This document shows, in pieces, positions 42,414-53,652 of a stretch of 64,000 bases of DNA. The translations under genes and the position numbers were made by a program. How positions within the stretch are numbered: position 1 is the stretch's first letter; every line of letters starts with the position of its first letter. The notes beneath the pieces were generated by a model. It worked only from the letters and a program-made list of their open reading frames with translations, was not told the DNA's origin and did not search any database. The stretch is from Corallochytrium limacisporum Hawaii. Its lineage: Eukaryota > Protista > Pluriformea. The DNA lies in contig PDIP01000072.1 of assembly GCA_002811645.1 (NCBI GenBank), forward strand, positions 22,945 through 86,944. Direction: 5' to 3'.

Positions 42414-44576
42414 TCAGCCACCAATGCGGGTGCCACCCTTGCCGCCACCACCGCCCATCTTGCTGAAGTTGAAAGCACTGCCGCGGCGGATATCACTGCT
42501 CGCACCCTTGCCGCCCGTCTCAGAGGAGTCCTTGAGATAGAAGCGGGCACTAATCGGTAAATGATCAGAGGAGAAGTGGGCGTTCGGGCAGGCAACGAAC
42601 TGTCGCACGTAGCTCTCCTCAACTCCACCCAGGAGGCTGACGAGGCCCATCGTGTCGCAGGAGTAAAAGATGTAGTCAATGGTGCCCGTGAATTCGTAGG
42701 TACAGTTGGTGAAGTCGAGTTCATTGCGGTCCGAATACGCCGAGCGGAGACGGAAGTGATGCTCCGTGCCTTCTGAGAGGACGGCATATTGGTGGCCACC
42801 GAGATCCGGATGGTTGCCTGGAATATGACCGTTGCGGATGAATTCGAGGACACCAGAGTCTGCCAGAGAATTGAAATCGCCACAAATGATAATGTTCGGA
42901 GAGTTGCCCCTGGTGTTCAGCCCCTGCTTTTGCACCACATTCTTCAATTCGTTCATAAGAATGACTGACTGGATCAGTTTGACGTCCGTGTACTTGGGAT
43001 CCCAGTGAATGTGCGCATTGGCGACGGCAAGCCGCTTGTTGCTAGCAACACTTTCCAAGATCGCCACAATGGCAATGTTGTCCTGTGGCATGACACGGTT
43101 CAGCAGATCTTCGTTGCCCTGCACATTGCCACCGGCCATGCCAGATGCCAGAGAACTGAACTCCATGACATGCTCGTTGACTAGACGAAACTTAGACCGG
43201 CGGAAGAAGATAGCACAACCATCAACCTTGCGGCTATCGTCCTTGCGCATGGTCCGGGCGCGGGCCTTGGCGCGGTAGATGCCATCATAGCCGCGCTGTT
43301 GAAGCTCGGGTTTGAAAAAGTCCTCGAATTCGCCGCCTTCAATCTCCTGCAGACAGAGAATGTCACCGTTGTAGTTCAAGATGTCCTCCAGAATGTGCTT
43401 CTTGCGGTAGTCCCAGTCGAGTGCCCAAGACGCACAATAGCCGTAGACCTGTTGCGTGGCAAACTTGTCACCGAGTACGTTGTAGTCAAATACCGTAAAA
43501 ATTTCCTTGCCCTGGACCTCCTTGGCGTCAGCCAGTTCGATCCATTCGCGACGGTATGGTTCCCGAGGTGTGGGCATGTTGTCGACAGCCTGGCGCACCA
43601 ATGTGGATGTGCCCTCAGCCAGCCACTTGTTCCAGGGTGCTCCCAGGGGACAACCGTCCGCCTGCAGATTCTTCAGCTGAAAGAGACGACCGAACTCGGC
43701 CGGCAATGTGACCAACGGGTTGTTGCTGACGAGTAGTTCCTGCAGAGCCATGCAGTTGCCAATTTCCGGTGGCAACTCCTTCAGCATGTTGTCCATCAGG
43801 TCCAGATGGGTCAGATTGGTAAGCAGTCCGATCTCCGCCGGCAGGTAATGCAACCGGTTGCCCTGCAGAAGCAGGTGCGTCATGTGCGTAAAATTAATAA
43901 ACAGAGCTTTAGATAGATTCGTCAGCGACTGCCGACACATGTCCAGTCCGGGCCACAGTTCCGGGTACTCTAGCGTTGGTTCGTTCGGATTCGGCTGCCA
44001 GTGGCCTCCACTGGCCATTCTGCCGACACTGTTGACGCCCTGTTGTCCATAACTACCATCCCGCGGCTTCCGCATCGGGGACAGCGGGTACGCTCCGTAG
44101 CTGCCGACCTTGGACCCTTTGCTGCCACTGGCCACACTACCGGTTTCGTCCTGGCTGTAGTCCGCTGGAATACCCGGTGATCGACTGCGGTCCCTGCCGT
44201 CTATGGATCCGGGTCCGCCAGTGTTACCCTGCTGACCGGCAGCGGCCTGCTGTTGGTAGTTACTGTATGGACTGCTTGGGAACAGTCCACTCAATGGCTG
44301 TCCCGTATAAGGATTCATGCCGTGTCCGCCGTGAATCGGGTTCGGTGAGTAGTAAGTGGTCTGGTCAATCCGACGCTGAGCAGGTGATCCGGTTCTTTGG
44401 GGTTGTGCTGCAGGTGCTCCGGGTCTGCGTTGGGGTATGCCGCCCGGAGGCGGGCCCCCATTGCCCTGCGCTTGGTATGGGTAGTACGCTGGCGATGCTG
44501 CGCCATTGTTCTGCTGATTACCACCGGGAGATGTCTGGGGATATCCCGGGGGTCCTCCTTGCCCGTAGTGGTCCAT
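42414..44576 (-). CDS. CCR4: CCR4-NOT deadenylase subunit CCR4/CNOT6 (LRR + EEP nuclease)
   Basis: LRRs, YNVL, CLQE, DGCAIFF, AHIHWDP...DVKLIQ, CGDFNS, GTIDYIFY, SDHLP; low-complexity N-terminus. Confidence 0.95.
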   Translation of the reverse strand: MDHYGQGGPPGYPQTSPGGNQQNNGAASPAYYPYQAQGNGGPPPGGIPQRRPGAPAAQPQRTGSPAQRRIDQTTYYSPNPIHGGHGMNPYTGQPLSGLFPSSPYSNYQQQAAAGQQGNTGGPGSIDGRDRSRSPGIPADYSQDETGSVASGSKGSKVGSYGAYPLSPMRKPRDGSYGQQGVNSVGRMASGGHWQPNPNEPTLEYPELWPGLDMCRQSLTNLSKALFINFTHMTHLLLQGNRLHYLPAEIGLLTNLTHLDLMDNMLKELPPEIGNCMALQELLVSNNPLVTLPAEFGRLFQLKNLQADGCPLGAPWNKWLAEGTSTLVRQAVDNMPTPREPYRREWIELADAKEVQGKEIFTVFDYNVLGDKFATQQVYGYCASWALDWDYRKKHILEDILNYNGDILCLQEIEGGEFEDFFKPELQQRGYDGIYRAKARARTMRKDDSRKVDGCAIFFRRSKFRLVNEHVMEFSSLASGMAGGNVQGNEDLLNRVMPQDNIAIVAILESVASNKRLAVANAHIHWDPKYTDVKLIQSVILMNELKNVVQKQGLNTRGNSPNIIICGDFNSLADSGVLEFIRNGHIPGNHPDLGGHQYAVLSEGTEHHFRLRSAYSDRNELDFTNCTYEFTGTIDYIFYSCDTMGLVSLLGGVEESYVRQFVACPNAHFSSDHLPISARFYLKDSSETGGKGASSDIRRGSAFNFSKMGGGGGKGGTRIGG

Positions 44577-45449
44577 AATTTTATGGCTACGTTATAAGAT
44601 TTGGGTTGTGTTATTTTCAAAAGTGAACGAATATTTGTTTTAAGATTGGAAACCAAACACCTATCGTCCCATGGTTATCACCAAAAAATGTTTGCTATGT
44701 ACAAAGGAAATTGTGTTGTTCCCAAAGATAAACTCAAAACAAAGCTATAAAGTGTTTTCCTTGTAAACAAATCTAAGAAGTAGTTCTGATGGTCCAAAGG
44801 GAAAACGATTCACTTTTTTCTTTTATGCTACCCAAAAGAAAGTCGTGTTTCGCTTAAGTGTCCCAACAGAATGTTTGAAGACTCCTAGTCCATAACATGT
44901 TTCAATGAGAAAGGGTCTGAGAAAGGAACTACACTCCAGTGCGTCTGCCTTTTCGAATAGACTCCCGATAGTTTTCAATTCAATAAACTATACGAACACC
45001 GAGTTCTCGGCTTATCCTATTGCTCAGCTGGTCTACCAAAAATACCATGCGGTAAGTCAAAGTCATTTAGATCTTTGATCGAAGTCCAGAGGCAATATCA
45101 TATTGGAAAAATTCCTGGGACCCAGCTGAAACGAAACCTTCTTCTTTCTACACATGCACTAGCCCACAGTGCCAGGAGATTCGATGATATCTTTTGGCCA
45201 CAAAGAAAACAATCGACATCAAAGGCAACAGTGCTCTCGATGGACAACTACTTTCATTTTGTGCAGAACAGAGCCCATACCAATCAAGCACACACCATCC
45301 GACCAGGCCAGGGAACGTGCCGACCTCACCTGCAATGCTGGGTGTTACAGGCTCCGGCCAGCCATGCACGGCCAACAGCCACTCCCCTGCCATGAGCAAA
45401 TGTTGCAAAGGCCTCCCCACCTCTTCTCCTCCCGCGAGAGAATGCTCCG

Positions 45450-46520
45450 TCCACTTTGTCCTTCTTGTGCTCCCCCCCCCCGGGGGGGCCTTCTCCCCTT
45501 CTCTTCTCCCTCTCCCGTTTCACCGCCCCCCCCCCTCCCCTCCCTTGCCTACCCCCCAAAAAAATTGTGTGGTGTTGGTATTACTGCCTAGGCGGCGAGA
45601 AGGAGACGAAAAAAATAAAAAAAAGAGGCGCGCCCGGTTTGGAGGAGGAGAGGGAGGAAAGCCCGGGGCCGGGGGAGAGGGGGGGGGCGCAGGGTAACCC
45701 AGCCCTTGAGAGGAAACCAGCCCTTTTTCCATAGCAAAAAAACTAAAAGAAAATGAGAAAAACGAACCGAGTAAAATAAAAAAGGAAAAAAAAAAAAGAG
45801 AAAACACCGCTCTGTGCACAGTGGGAAGGCAAGGCTTTTTGCGAAGAAAGAAGGCCCGAGAGAACGAGAGAGGGCCAGGCGGGAGCGGAGGGAGGGGGGG
45901 CACCGCCCCACTCACGGCCAGGGCGCCACCTCCTTCGCCGGGCTGGAGGAGGAGAAGGCAACACAGCAAGGCCCCGAGCAGTGCAGCGGCCAAAGCCAAA
46001 AGTTGGCTGGTATCCTCGGTACTGGCCGACTGGTCCTGATCCCTACACACAGCTCCCCCCTTTTTGCCCTCTTTGCTGCTGCCCTCCTCGCCCTCGCGGT
46101 GTTTCGCGGTTCTCCCGCCCTTTTTATCGGTCCTCGGATAGATCCCGTCCTCAGCAACGCCAACAAAATCGATACTTTTTGTATCGATTAAAGTTCTTCA
46201 GAGTTTGTATTTGTCGCGCCCTTTCAAATCGATTGATCCTGTCAATGTGGCCCCGTCGTCCAGCGGGGGCCGGTCCGATCGAGGAGCTGCTCCTCCCCCT
46301 CCCTCCCCTCCCAGAGCGACCGCGCTCCGAGGAGTCGCACCGCCGCTCTTTATTCGGACGCGGGGCCCGCGCTCCCTACGCGCACTATGGCGGAAAGTGA
46401 GCCACCGGGCACGAGGGGGAGTCCAAATTTTTTGGCGAACCCTCGTCCACCCCTCGCTCTCCGTCACTTCGGGTCGCGCGCGTTTCCGCCCCGGGGGGGG
46501 GCCTCCGTGTCCTTTTTAGC
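45450..46520. repeat. Low-complexity GC/homopolymer-rich region upstream of CCR4
   Basis: Poly-C, poly-G and poly-A runs. Confidence 0.7.
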
Positions 46521-46891
46521 GTTGCCCGTCCCCGGGGCCCTCCGCACCCGTGGCCAATTTCTATAGTGAAAGTACCTGAGTTTGCCAGCCGGGCAAAAAA
46601 GAAAACAACAACTGATAGGGGCAGGTCGCGGAAGAACGGAAGGGTGCAGAGAGAACGGTCGGTGGACGGCGGCCAGTCGAGGGGGAGCGGGGAGCTTTTC
46701 TTTTTATCTTCGGGATTTAGTACCATTCCGTATATCAATAGTGGAGTGTGTGGAGGAGCGGCTGCGGGACTACGTAGTGGGGTGGCGATGAGCATTTGCC
46801 GGCCTCCGTGGCAGGGTTCACCGGAATGCCATGTTACAATGAAAAGATGAGTTTATTGATACTGGATGTGCTTTACAAACGTTTGAGGTCT

Positions 46892-47383
46892 TTACTGAGT
46901 TGCCCACCCAAGGAAGAAAGGATGGGCGGCTCCCTCGTCCTTCTTTATGTTCATGCTCTGACTCTTTCGGTACTCCACATAGTCGATTTGTCCGTCTCCG
47001 TTCAGGTCGTCTTCGGCGAGGACATGGTCTACCCATTCCATGATCTTCTCTCCCTCCTTAGCTTGTTCGTAATTATCTTCTGTCTTGGTTAAAAAATCGT
47101 GAACCATCACGCTAATTTCGTGTCCGTCCAGCTTGTCGTCTCCGTTTGTGTCGTGCAGTTTGTACAAGTGGAACAGAACCTGGGATGAGTCCCAGTTGGA
47201 AACCATACGCTCCGCAGCCTCTTGATCGAAACCTTCTGCGCGTAAATGCATCAGCAAATGTGCACGATCTTCCATGGGATCAATGTCGCCGTAGTTGGAG
47301 TGAGAACTAGCCTTACGCTCGTCTAAGTTCTCCGCACCTGCCAGCGCCAGCACCGCGGCTAGCATAAATGCCTGCAGCTTCAT
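46892..47383 (-). CDS. MCFD2: Secretory-pathway two-EF-hand protein, MCFD2-like
   Basis: Signal peptide; LFHLYKLHDTNGDDKLDGHE and VDHVLAEDDLNGDGQIDYVEY match the MCFD2 EF-hand pattern. Confidence 0.8.
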   Translation of the reverse strand: MKLQAFMLAAVLALAGAENLDERKASSHSNYGDIDPMEDRAHLLMHLRAEGFDQEAAERMVSNWDSSQVLFHLYKLHDTNGDDKLDGHEISVMVHDFLTKTEDNYEQAKEGEKIMEWVDHVLAEDDLNGDGQIDYVEYRKSQSMNIKKDEGAAHPFFLGWATQ

Positions 47384-47787
47384 GGTGTATATTAATCCTT
47401 TGCACTCTCAATAACACAGTGTTGAAGGAACCTAACCTTAAACTCGTGGCAGAGACCCTGAGTTCAAAAACCTCTGCGAGCGCAAACGCGCGACCCAAAA
47501 ACAAAGGCGACAAGAAAGTGGCTTTGTCTGCGAACAACAGCAAACCCTCCCCACCGGTTTACGGCCAGGTCCACCACCAGCGGGGTTCTCCTTCTCTGAT
47601 TACAAGCCGATAGATACCCTAATCCACCACAAAACCTCTGCCAAACAAAAGCCAAGTTGGCAGGAGGGTCTCCCCCCGCTGAATCCCTTCCTGGCCATTT
47701 CTTCATGCGAGTCTCAGGTGCAGTATATTTACAATCACAAACAGATTTATTTTACATACGGACTGTTTCAATGCTGGGACCCGGACG

Positions 47788-50040
47788 TCAGGCCATGGCA
47801 CTGATGGCCGCAGCCGCCTGACGCATGAATATGAAAGTACCCTTAGTGGTGGTCATGTTGGTGACCTGGACGAGTGATGTACGCTGGCAGATTTCCGTAG
47901 CACCTTCGTTGGAAATGGCGGTGCCCCAGAGCTGCAAGACTTCCAGGTTGTTCATGTTGCCAATCGCAAAGAGGCCGTGGTCAGTGATGAAGCGACTGCC
48001 GACGTCCAGGCTAACAAGCTGCGGGGCCGTACGGAAGAGGCGGTAGAGACCGACATCATGCAGTTCCAGTAGGCCAGTCAGTTTCAGCGACCGCAGGCTG
48101 CTGAGAGGTTCTAGCCATGGCATTATCTCATCACTGACGTTGGTGTAGGACAGGGATAGGACCTGCACACTAGTGATGCGGGCAAGATGAGGTCCGCAAG
48201 AGTCATCAATGGCACAGCGGCTAAGGTCTAGGGTAGTGAGCATGTCCAAATCAACCAAATGCTCCAATCCATGGGAACTGATGTCAGTCTTAGCGAGGAT
48301 AAGATGCTTCAGATCTGGCATTTCCCGAGCCACAACCCCTAAAGCTTGGTCATCAATGTTCACGTTGAGACTCAGATCCAGGTCTTGAACCTTTGACAGG
48401 CAAGCCATGAAGCTCCAGTCCTGAACACGGGGGAAAAAGCTCATCTCCAGTCGCTCCAGGGACCTAAAGGCCTCCATGTACGACGCAGACTGGCAATTCA
48501 GACTGGTGCCGCTTATGAACAGATCACGCAAACCCGGAACGAACTTGGCACTGGCTAGGCATTCCATGTTGTCCTGCGTGATTTTGATACCAGTGACATC
48601 TAAGTACGTCAGTTGCTTCAGGTTTTTGATGGCCTTGAGGACGCCCTTGATCGTCACGAGGGTGCCATCCACGCGAAGGGTCTTCAGCTCTGTCATTGAG
48701 GATACTGGCTCAAGCGCAGGATCTTTGATTTTCTTGCAGCGCTCGAGAGAGAGGAACTCAAGATTGGACAGACAGCTAAGGCAGTCAGAAACGTCACCAC
48801 TTTCAATGGTGTACGAGTGGCTGAGGTCGAGCTTACGGAGACAGGTAAACTGCTGGATAACGGCCAGCCATTCGCAGTCCACCGGGGAGCCAACCAAGCT
48901 TAGGGAACTGATGCCAACCTTGACAAAGCTTTCCAGAATCGGCAGATCAAGCTCGCAAGAGTGTGCGAGGCGGTCAACAACCATTTGCGCGCAACGGGCA
49001 TTCAAATGGCTCATGTCTCCTCGATCAATGAATTCGTATGGCTTGCGGACAACCAGGTCTACGCAAAGAGTGCTTAAAGGAGGTCTCATGACGATATCTT
49101 CTGTAAGCACCGAGCCCGATGAGCTTGATGAGCTCTCCACGGACGCGACATCATCTTGCAGCAAAGTGTGCAACGATGCGAACACACGGCCAGCGTTTGC
49201 TACCTCCGTGACCGTACTGCTGTTCAAACTGTTGCCGGCCTCGGCGGGTCTCCGGTAACCCAAGCGGGCAACGGCGCGGCGCACTGGCTGTGTCTCTGGC
49301 CGCAAAGTTCCCTGACGCACAGGTGGGTAAGCTTTAAAAAGGTCCAAAACCTTGCGCAGACGGTCGCACGTATCGCGACCGCGGAAGAGTTGCAGACGAG
49401 TGGCAGAATTGACTTGAGGCGGTAGGGTGGATGCTACCCAGAAGCTCAGATCAGTACCCTGTTTTGATGATGGGAGTTCCGGAAGGCGCCGAAGAATGGA
49501 CCGCCACATGCTGTTGTTTTCGAATTTGCGCGTAAAATCGTCAAGGGCGTAGATCAGCTGGCGTCCGAGGCGCTCAGCCTCCTTCTGTTGCTGATCGTCC
49601 AGTTTGTGATCGTCGAAGGGCTCCACCAATCCCATTTCAGATCCTTCTTCGTTCTGTACCCCAAGCAAGCGAATGCGCTTAAAGCCCCGCATATGAATTA
49701 GCATGCGGTTTCCAAACCTTTCCACTTTCAGGATCTCCGCCAACGTACAAATATTGGTATTCTCCATTCCAACGGCCACTGTTCCGTGGTCGTAGGCCGA
49801 CTGGAGTGCAGGGTAATGCGCCCGCCCACTGAATTCCACAAACTTGCGCTGCGCAGGGTATAGTACATCTGGAACCCAAAGAATCGGCGCCATCCGCACC
49901 CAGCTGCCGTCCGGCTGTTGATGCCATTGCACCTTGTAACGGGGACTGGTCGTTGAGGAACTAGAGAACCAGTCGGCGTCAGTCAAACTGCTGTCAGTCC
50001 GCCTTAGGGGGCCGGGCCCAGCGTTTGCTTGTACTTCCAT
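47788..50040 (-). CDS. Lon N-terminal (substrate-binding) domain + BC-box + leucine-rich-repeat protein
   Basis: VLYP...ICTLAEI...RGFKRIRL...LSFWVAS...RLQLF...DRL (Lon-N pattern); PLSTLCVDLV; many LxxLxL repeats. Confidence 0.8.
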   Translation of the reverse strand: MEVQANAGPGPLRRTDSSLTDADWFSSSSTTSPRYKVQWHQQPDGSWVRMAPILWVPDVLYPAQRKFVEFSGRAHYPALQSAYDHGTVAVGMENTNICTLAEILKVERFGNRMLIHMRGFKRIRLLGVQNEEGSEMGLVEPFDDHKLDDQQQKEAERLGRQLIYALDDFTRKFENNSMWRSILRRLPELPSSKQGTDLSFWVASTLPPQVNSATRLQLFRGRDTCDRLRKVLDLFKAYPPVRQGTLRPETQPVRRAVARLGYRRPAEAGNSLNSSTVTEVANAGRVFASLHTLLQDDVASVESSSSSSGSVLTEDIVMRPPLSTLCVDLVVRKPYEFIDRGDMSHLNARCAQMVVDRLAHSCELDLPILESFVKVGISSLSLVGSPVDCEWLAVIQQFTCLRKLDLSHSYTIESGDVSDCLSCLSNLEFLSLERCKKIKDPALEPVSSMTELKTLRVDGTLVTIKGVLKAIKNLKQLTYLDVTGIKITQDNMECLASAKFVPGLRDLFISGTSLNCQSASYMEAFRSLERLEMSFFPRVQDWSFMACLSKVQDLDLSLNVNIDDQALGVVAREMPDLKHLILAKTDISSHGLEHLVDLDMLTTLDLSRCAIDDSCGPHLARITSVQVLSLSYTNVSDEIMPWLEPLSSLRSLKLTGLLELHDVGLYRLFRTAPQLVSLDVGSRFITDHGLFAIGNMNNLEVLQLWGTAISNEGATEICQRTSLVQVTNMTTTKGTFIFMRQAAAAISAMA

Positions 50041-53000
50041 TGGTTTGTGTTTGTTGTTCCTTTACTAGTCCGTTTTACTAAGTCCTGATTTGATTGTGGT
50101 TCCGTAAAAAGTTTCAGTTTCTTCCCGATTAGGCAGTCCCTCCTTTGCAGGGTTTCGCTGTGTCCACTAATATGGTCGTGATCCTTCGTTCTTCGTTTCA
50201 GCTTATTATCTCGCAAATTTATACACTAAATAAATAAATTGTACCATCTGCCTGTTGATCTGATCGTCTTAGCATACCTTCACTGTACAAGCCACCCAAG
50301 CACAGGATGACATATCCTCGGAACGAACTTCCGCTTGCTGCAAGGTCTTCTGTGCCCATGTTCCCCCCCTCCCCCTTTTGCCCCGGGGCCAAGACCCGCC
50401 TCGGGTTCTCCACCTACCCCCACTGTTCTCTGCTCTGGCAGCCAGCCAGCCAGCGACTACCAAATTTGCGACCCTTTGCTCGACTCACAGGCACGTCCAC
50501 CCGGCTGCTGCTCCCTGCCACATTTGGGGTCTGAACTCCGTACCAAATGTATAGCATTTTGACGGCCTTAACTTTCCAACGTATCCTTCTCCCAATATTT
50601 GTTCCCGGTCAAGCGGAAAGTTTTCTCCACCGTTCGGGCCCCCTTCGCCCTTTCCCCTCTGCCCCGGCCTAGTTCATTCAGTACTGTTTCACGGGTTTTC
50701 CCTTTCGGGTCACGTCAGCGCAAAATTTATCAGTGCTGACTGCCAGAAAGAGTTCAAAATTGACTCCCTTTTATTCACCGGACTTTCTATACTGAGAGAA
50801 TTGGACCCTGTTTCGGGCTCGCGAGTGAGTGCTGTCTGAGAGCGGACAGAACTGTCCACCCGCGGCCCAGAGCACACAGGTCCAAGCAGACGGTGCCAAG
50901 CTCGTGACCGTTAAGACTTTCGTTCTATACCAAGTCTCTGCGTTCCGAATTTCGATTCTGGGTAGCTTGCCCTCACCATCTCAAGAGCATGCACAAAGGC
51001 CAGTTTACCGGCACATACGAACAGATAATAGATGAGAGTGCGTTCGTGATTGACTGTTGTCGTCAAACCCATCCTCCCGGGGGGCACACGTCACAGAACG
51101 AAGGGTCCACCGAATTCTGAGTTCGTACCCCATACGTGTTAAATCGTTAATGTAATCTCCAATCCTGCAGCATACCAGTACTGTTTGCTTTGACAACTGG
51201 GTCGGCTACATGTGTGTGTGTGTGTTATATGTTCGGTAATCCGTTGGGACACAATCTCGGCTTCCCGGTGTGCTCAGAGAAACCCAACGGATTACCTCTC
51301 TACGAGGCTTTTGCCTGCGGTGCTTCACAAAGCAATGACTTCATCAAAAAAAATTCTCCTCAGTACATTATCTGTGCCTCTGTTTGGCCATTCTCTGGCG
51401 ATCCCCATCGGTGTCGGACGTGCTAAATCTACAGCTTACGCACCGTCGCTCCCATACTGACCACTTTGTCTCTTGGGGTTGCATTTTTAAGGAAATCAGT
51501 ACTGAATGTACCGCTGTCTTCTTTCCAGCCAACCGAGTTTCAACTCGGTTTTTGGGTTTGACTGCGGGGGCTCCGCCGGCAAGGGGGGGGTAATGAGCGG
51601 GGTGTGAGGGTTTTCTTAAGAGAAAACGACGGGCCCAAAAGCCAATCGCACACGGCGTTGGCGGGGCGGCGGGCGAATCCCATGTCCGTAAAGTCCTTGA
51701 AACCTGCCGGCGACGCACGGCGAAGTTTCAAAGCCTCCGGCTCCGGAATCCCAAACCACCACAATGACGATACGCTGCGTTCTTATTTGTTTGGATAGCA
51801 TTCACGTAGATGTACAGACATTTCACTAAATATCGTTCTAAAGAACAGAAGAAAAATGGATGTGTCATGCAGAACGATGTGGATGGGGTTTCTTGTTGAA
51901 TTCAAATTTTGGGAACCTGTTTTGGTGCGTTTGAATGATTAGTCGGCAGTGTTTCCGCGGGCAATCTCTGGGTCATCATGTGCATGGAGCATCCCAGGTA
52001 GAGGGCAAATCATTACCATCAACACCAGTCTTTCGCCTAGCATTCATTGGAAGCGGCTCTGCATGTGTGCGCGTGTTGCGCACACCGGCTCACCCAAGCT
52101 CTCCCTTTGGGCAGATATTGGGGAGGTTTGCGCAACGAAAACGCCGGTGATTGGAGAAATATACCATGAAAACCAAAAAATACTTGCCTGTTCGGGGTTC
52201 CGTCACTGCCGATTTAAGGGCCAATGTGAAGCGGGCGTCGGTTGGAACCGGCCAAAGGGGCGCCCCGCGGGGGTGGGGGTTGGGGCGTCGTGGAGGCGAT
52301 GGAGCGGAGGAGCGATGGTAGACAAAGCCTTACTTCGCCTACATAGCGACGATGTCGACGTGACCTTAGGCTATCAGGTGAACAGAGATATTCCAAAAAT
52401 CTGAAGATTGATAGGACACATGTGACGTCTGGGATGTCGAGAAGTGCTATGTCCACACGGCACACAGTTTTTGCCGCTTCCGTTTTGGATGGGGCTTCGC
52501 CTTCGTGAAGCACAGACTCTTCAGGTCCGGCTACAATTCTGCTAAGGGCCCCATCTCAGAGGATGCCACATGTGCCGAATCGAGTGGAATGGAATCGTCC
52601 TTACTTTGGTGGCGGGACTGTATCAGGGGCCACCACAACCTTCGTGACTTTCTGGATCAGTCCCGCTTCCATGATGCGATCTGAAAGTATCGCGAGGGTC
52701 AACAGGGGCAATGATAATATTGTGATTACAGACATGCAAAACGACGAGGATCAGTGTGAATGCGTTGATGCTGTGGGCAATAGGTGTATCGACACAGTGG
52801 AACAGCACTTAGGCGGTTTGTCTCGCACCCTGGAGAAGCCCCGGCAAGGTGCCCCCCCTTCTCTGGGATTAGTGGCCTTCCAGGAAAATGGACTCCCTTT
52901 TTCCGGGGTCCGGCAGGGAGGAAAGACAACAAGGTTAGGTTACGTGGTGGTACTTGAAACAAAAGAGGCTGTACAGGCATTGTCGAGTTGTGCTTGCAAC

Positions 53001-53074
53001 AAACGGATCTAGGATAGTCTGAAACAAAGGAAATTTGATCCGCTAAAAAATAACATGATGGATATGAACCACCC

Positions 53075-53581
53075 ATGAACACCGAAGGCAAGCCATCATG
53101 TACCTGCTGCAAGCAGAGAGGTCGGTATGCTTCCATCACCCAGTCCCTGGCAGAGATTGAGTACGAACGTGGGCCCTGGGAACCGGCACGAAAAGGACAG
53201 ATCCAGGAACTGCAGCGCAGGGTAGAGAAATGGATCGAAAAGGATGGGCGAACGGCAGAGCAGTACATTAATGCTGGGGATCAGGCTGGCCTGACGCCCC
53301 TGCACTACGCAAGTCGTTCGGGACATGTCGACTGTGTGAACTACTTGATCAAACTTGGCGCAGCCGTCAATGCCGGAAGTAATTCAGGAGCGACACCATT
53401 ACACCGTGCAGCGGTGATGGGACAGGAAAAGGTGGTAGAGATACTCATCAATGCTGGCGCCGATCCGAGTCTACGGGACGCCGATGGTTTCACACCAGCA
53501 CACAAATGGCTGGGTAATGAATCCGTCGACCCAGAGGTGAAGAGGCAGATTGCTGCCACGTTACTTAAAATTTCAAAATAA
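53075..53581 (+). CDS. ANKRD39: Ankyrin repeat protein, ANKRD39-like
   Basis: QSLAEIEYERGPW N-terminal motif, then GLTPLHYASRSGH, GATPLHRAA, DADGFTPAHK. Confidence 0.8.
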   Translation: MNTEGKPSCTCCKQRGRYASITQSLAEIEYERGPWEPARKGQIQELQRRVEKWIEKDGRTAEQYINAGDQAGLTPLHYASRSGHVDCVNYLIKLGAAVNAGSNSGATPLHRAAVMGQEKVVEILINAGADPSLRDADGFTPAHKWLGNESVDPEVKRQIAATLLKISK

Positions 53582-53652
53582 AAATTGCAAAACCAGTTTC
53601 CTCGTAATTTACTAAAGCGCTAATTTATACATATGGCCCTTGTCATGATGGT

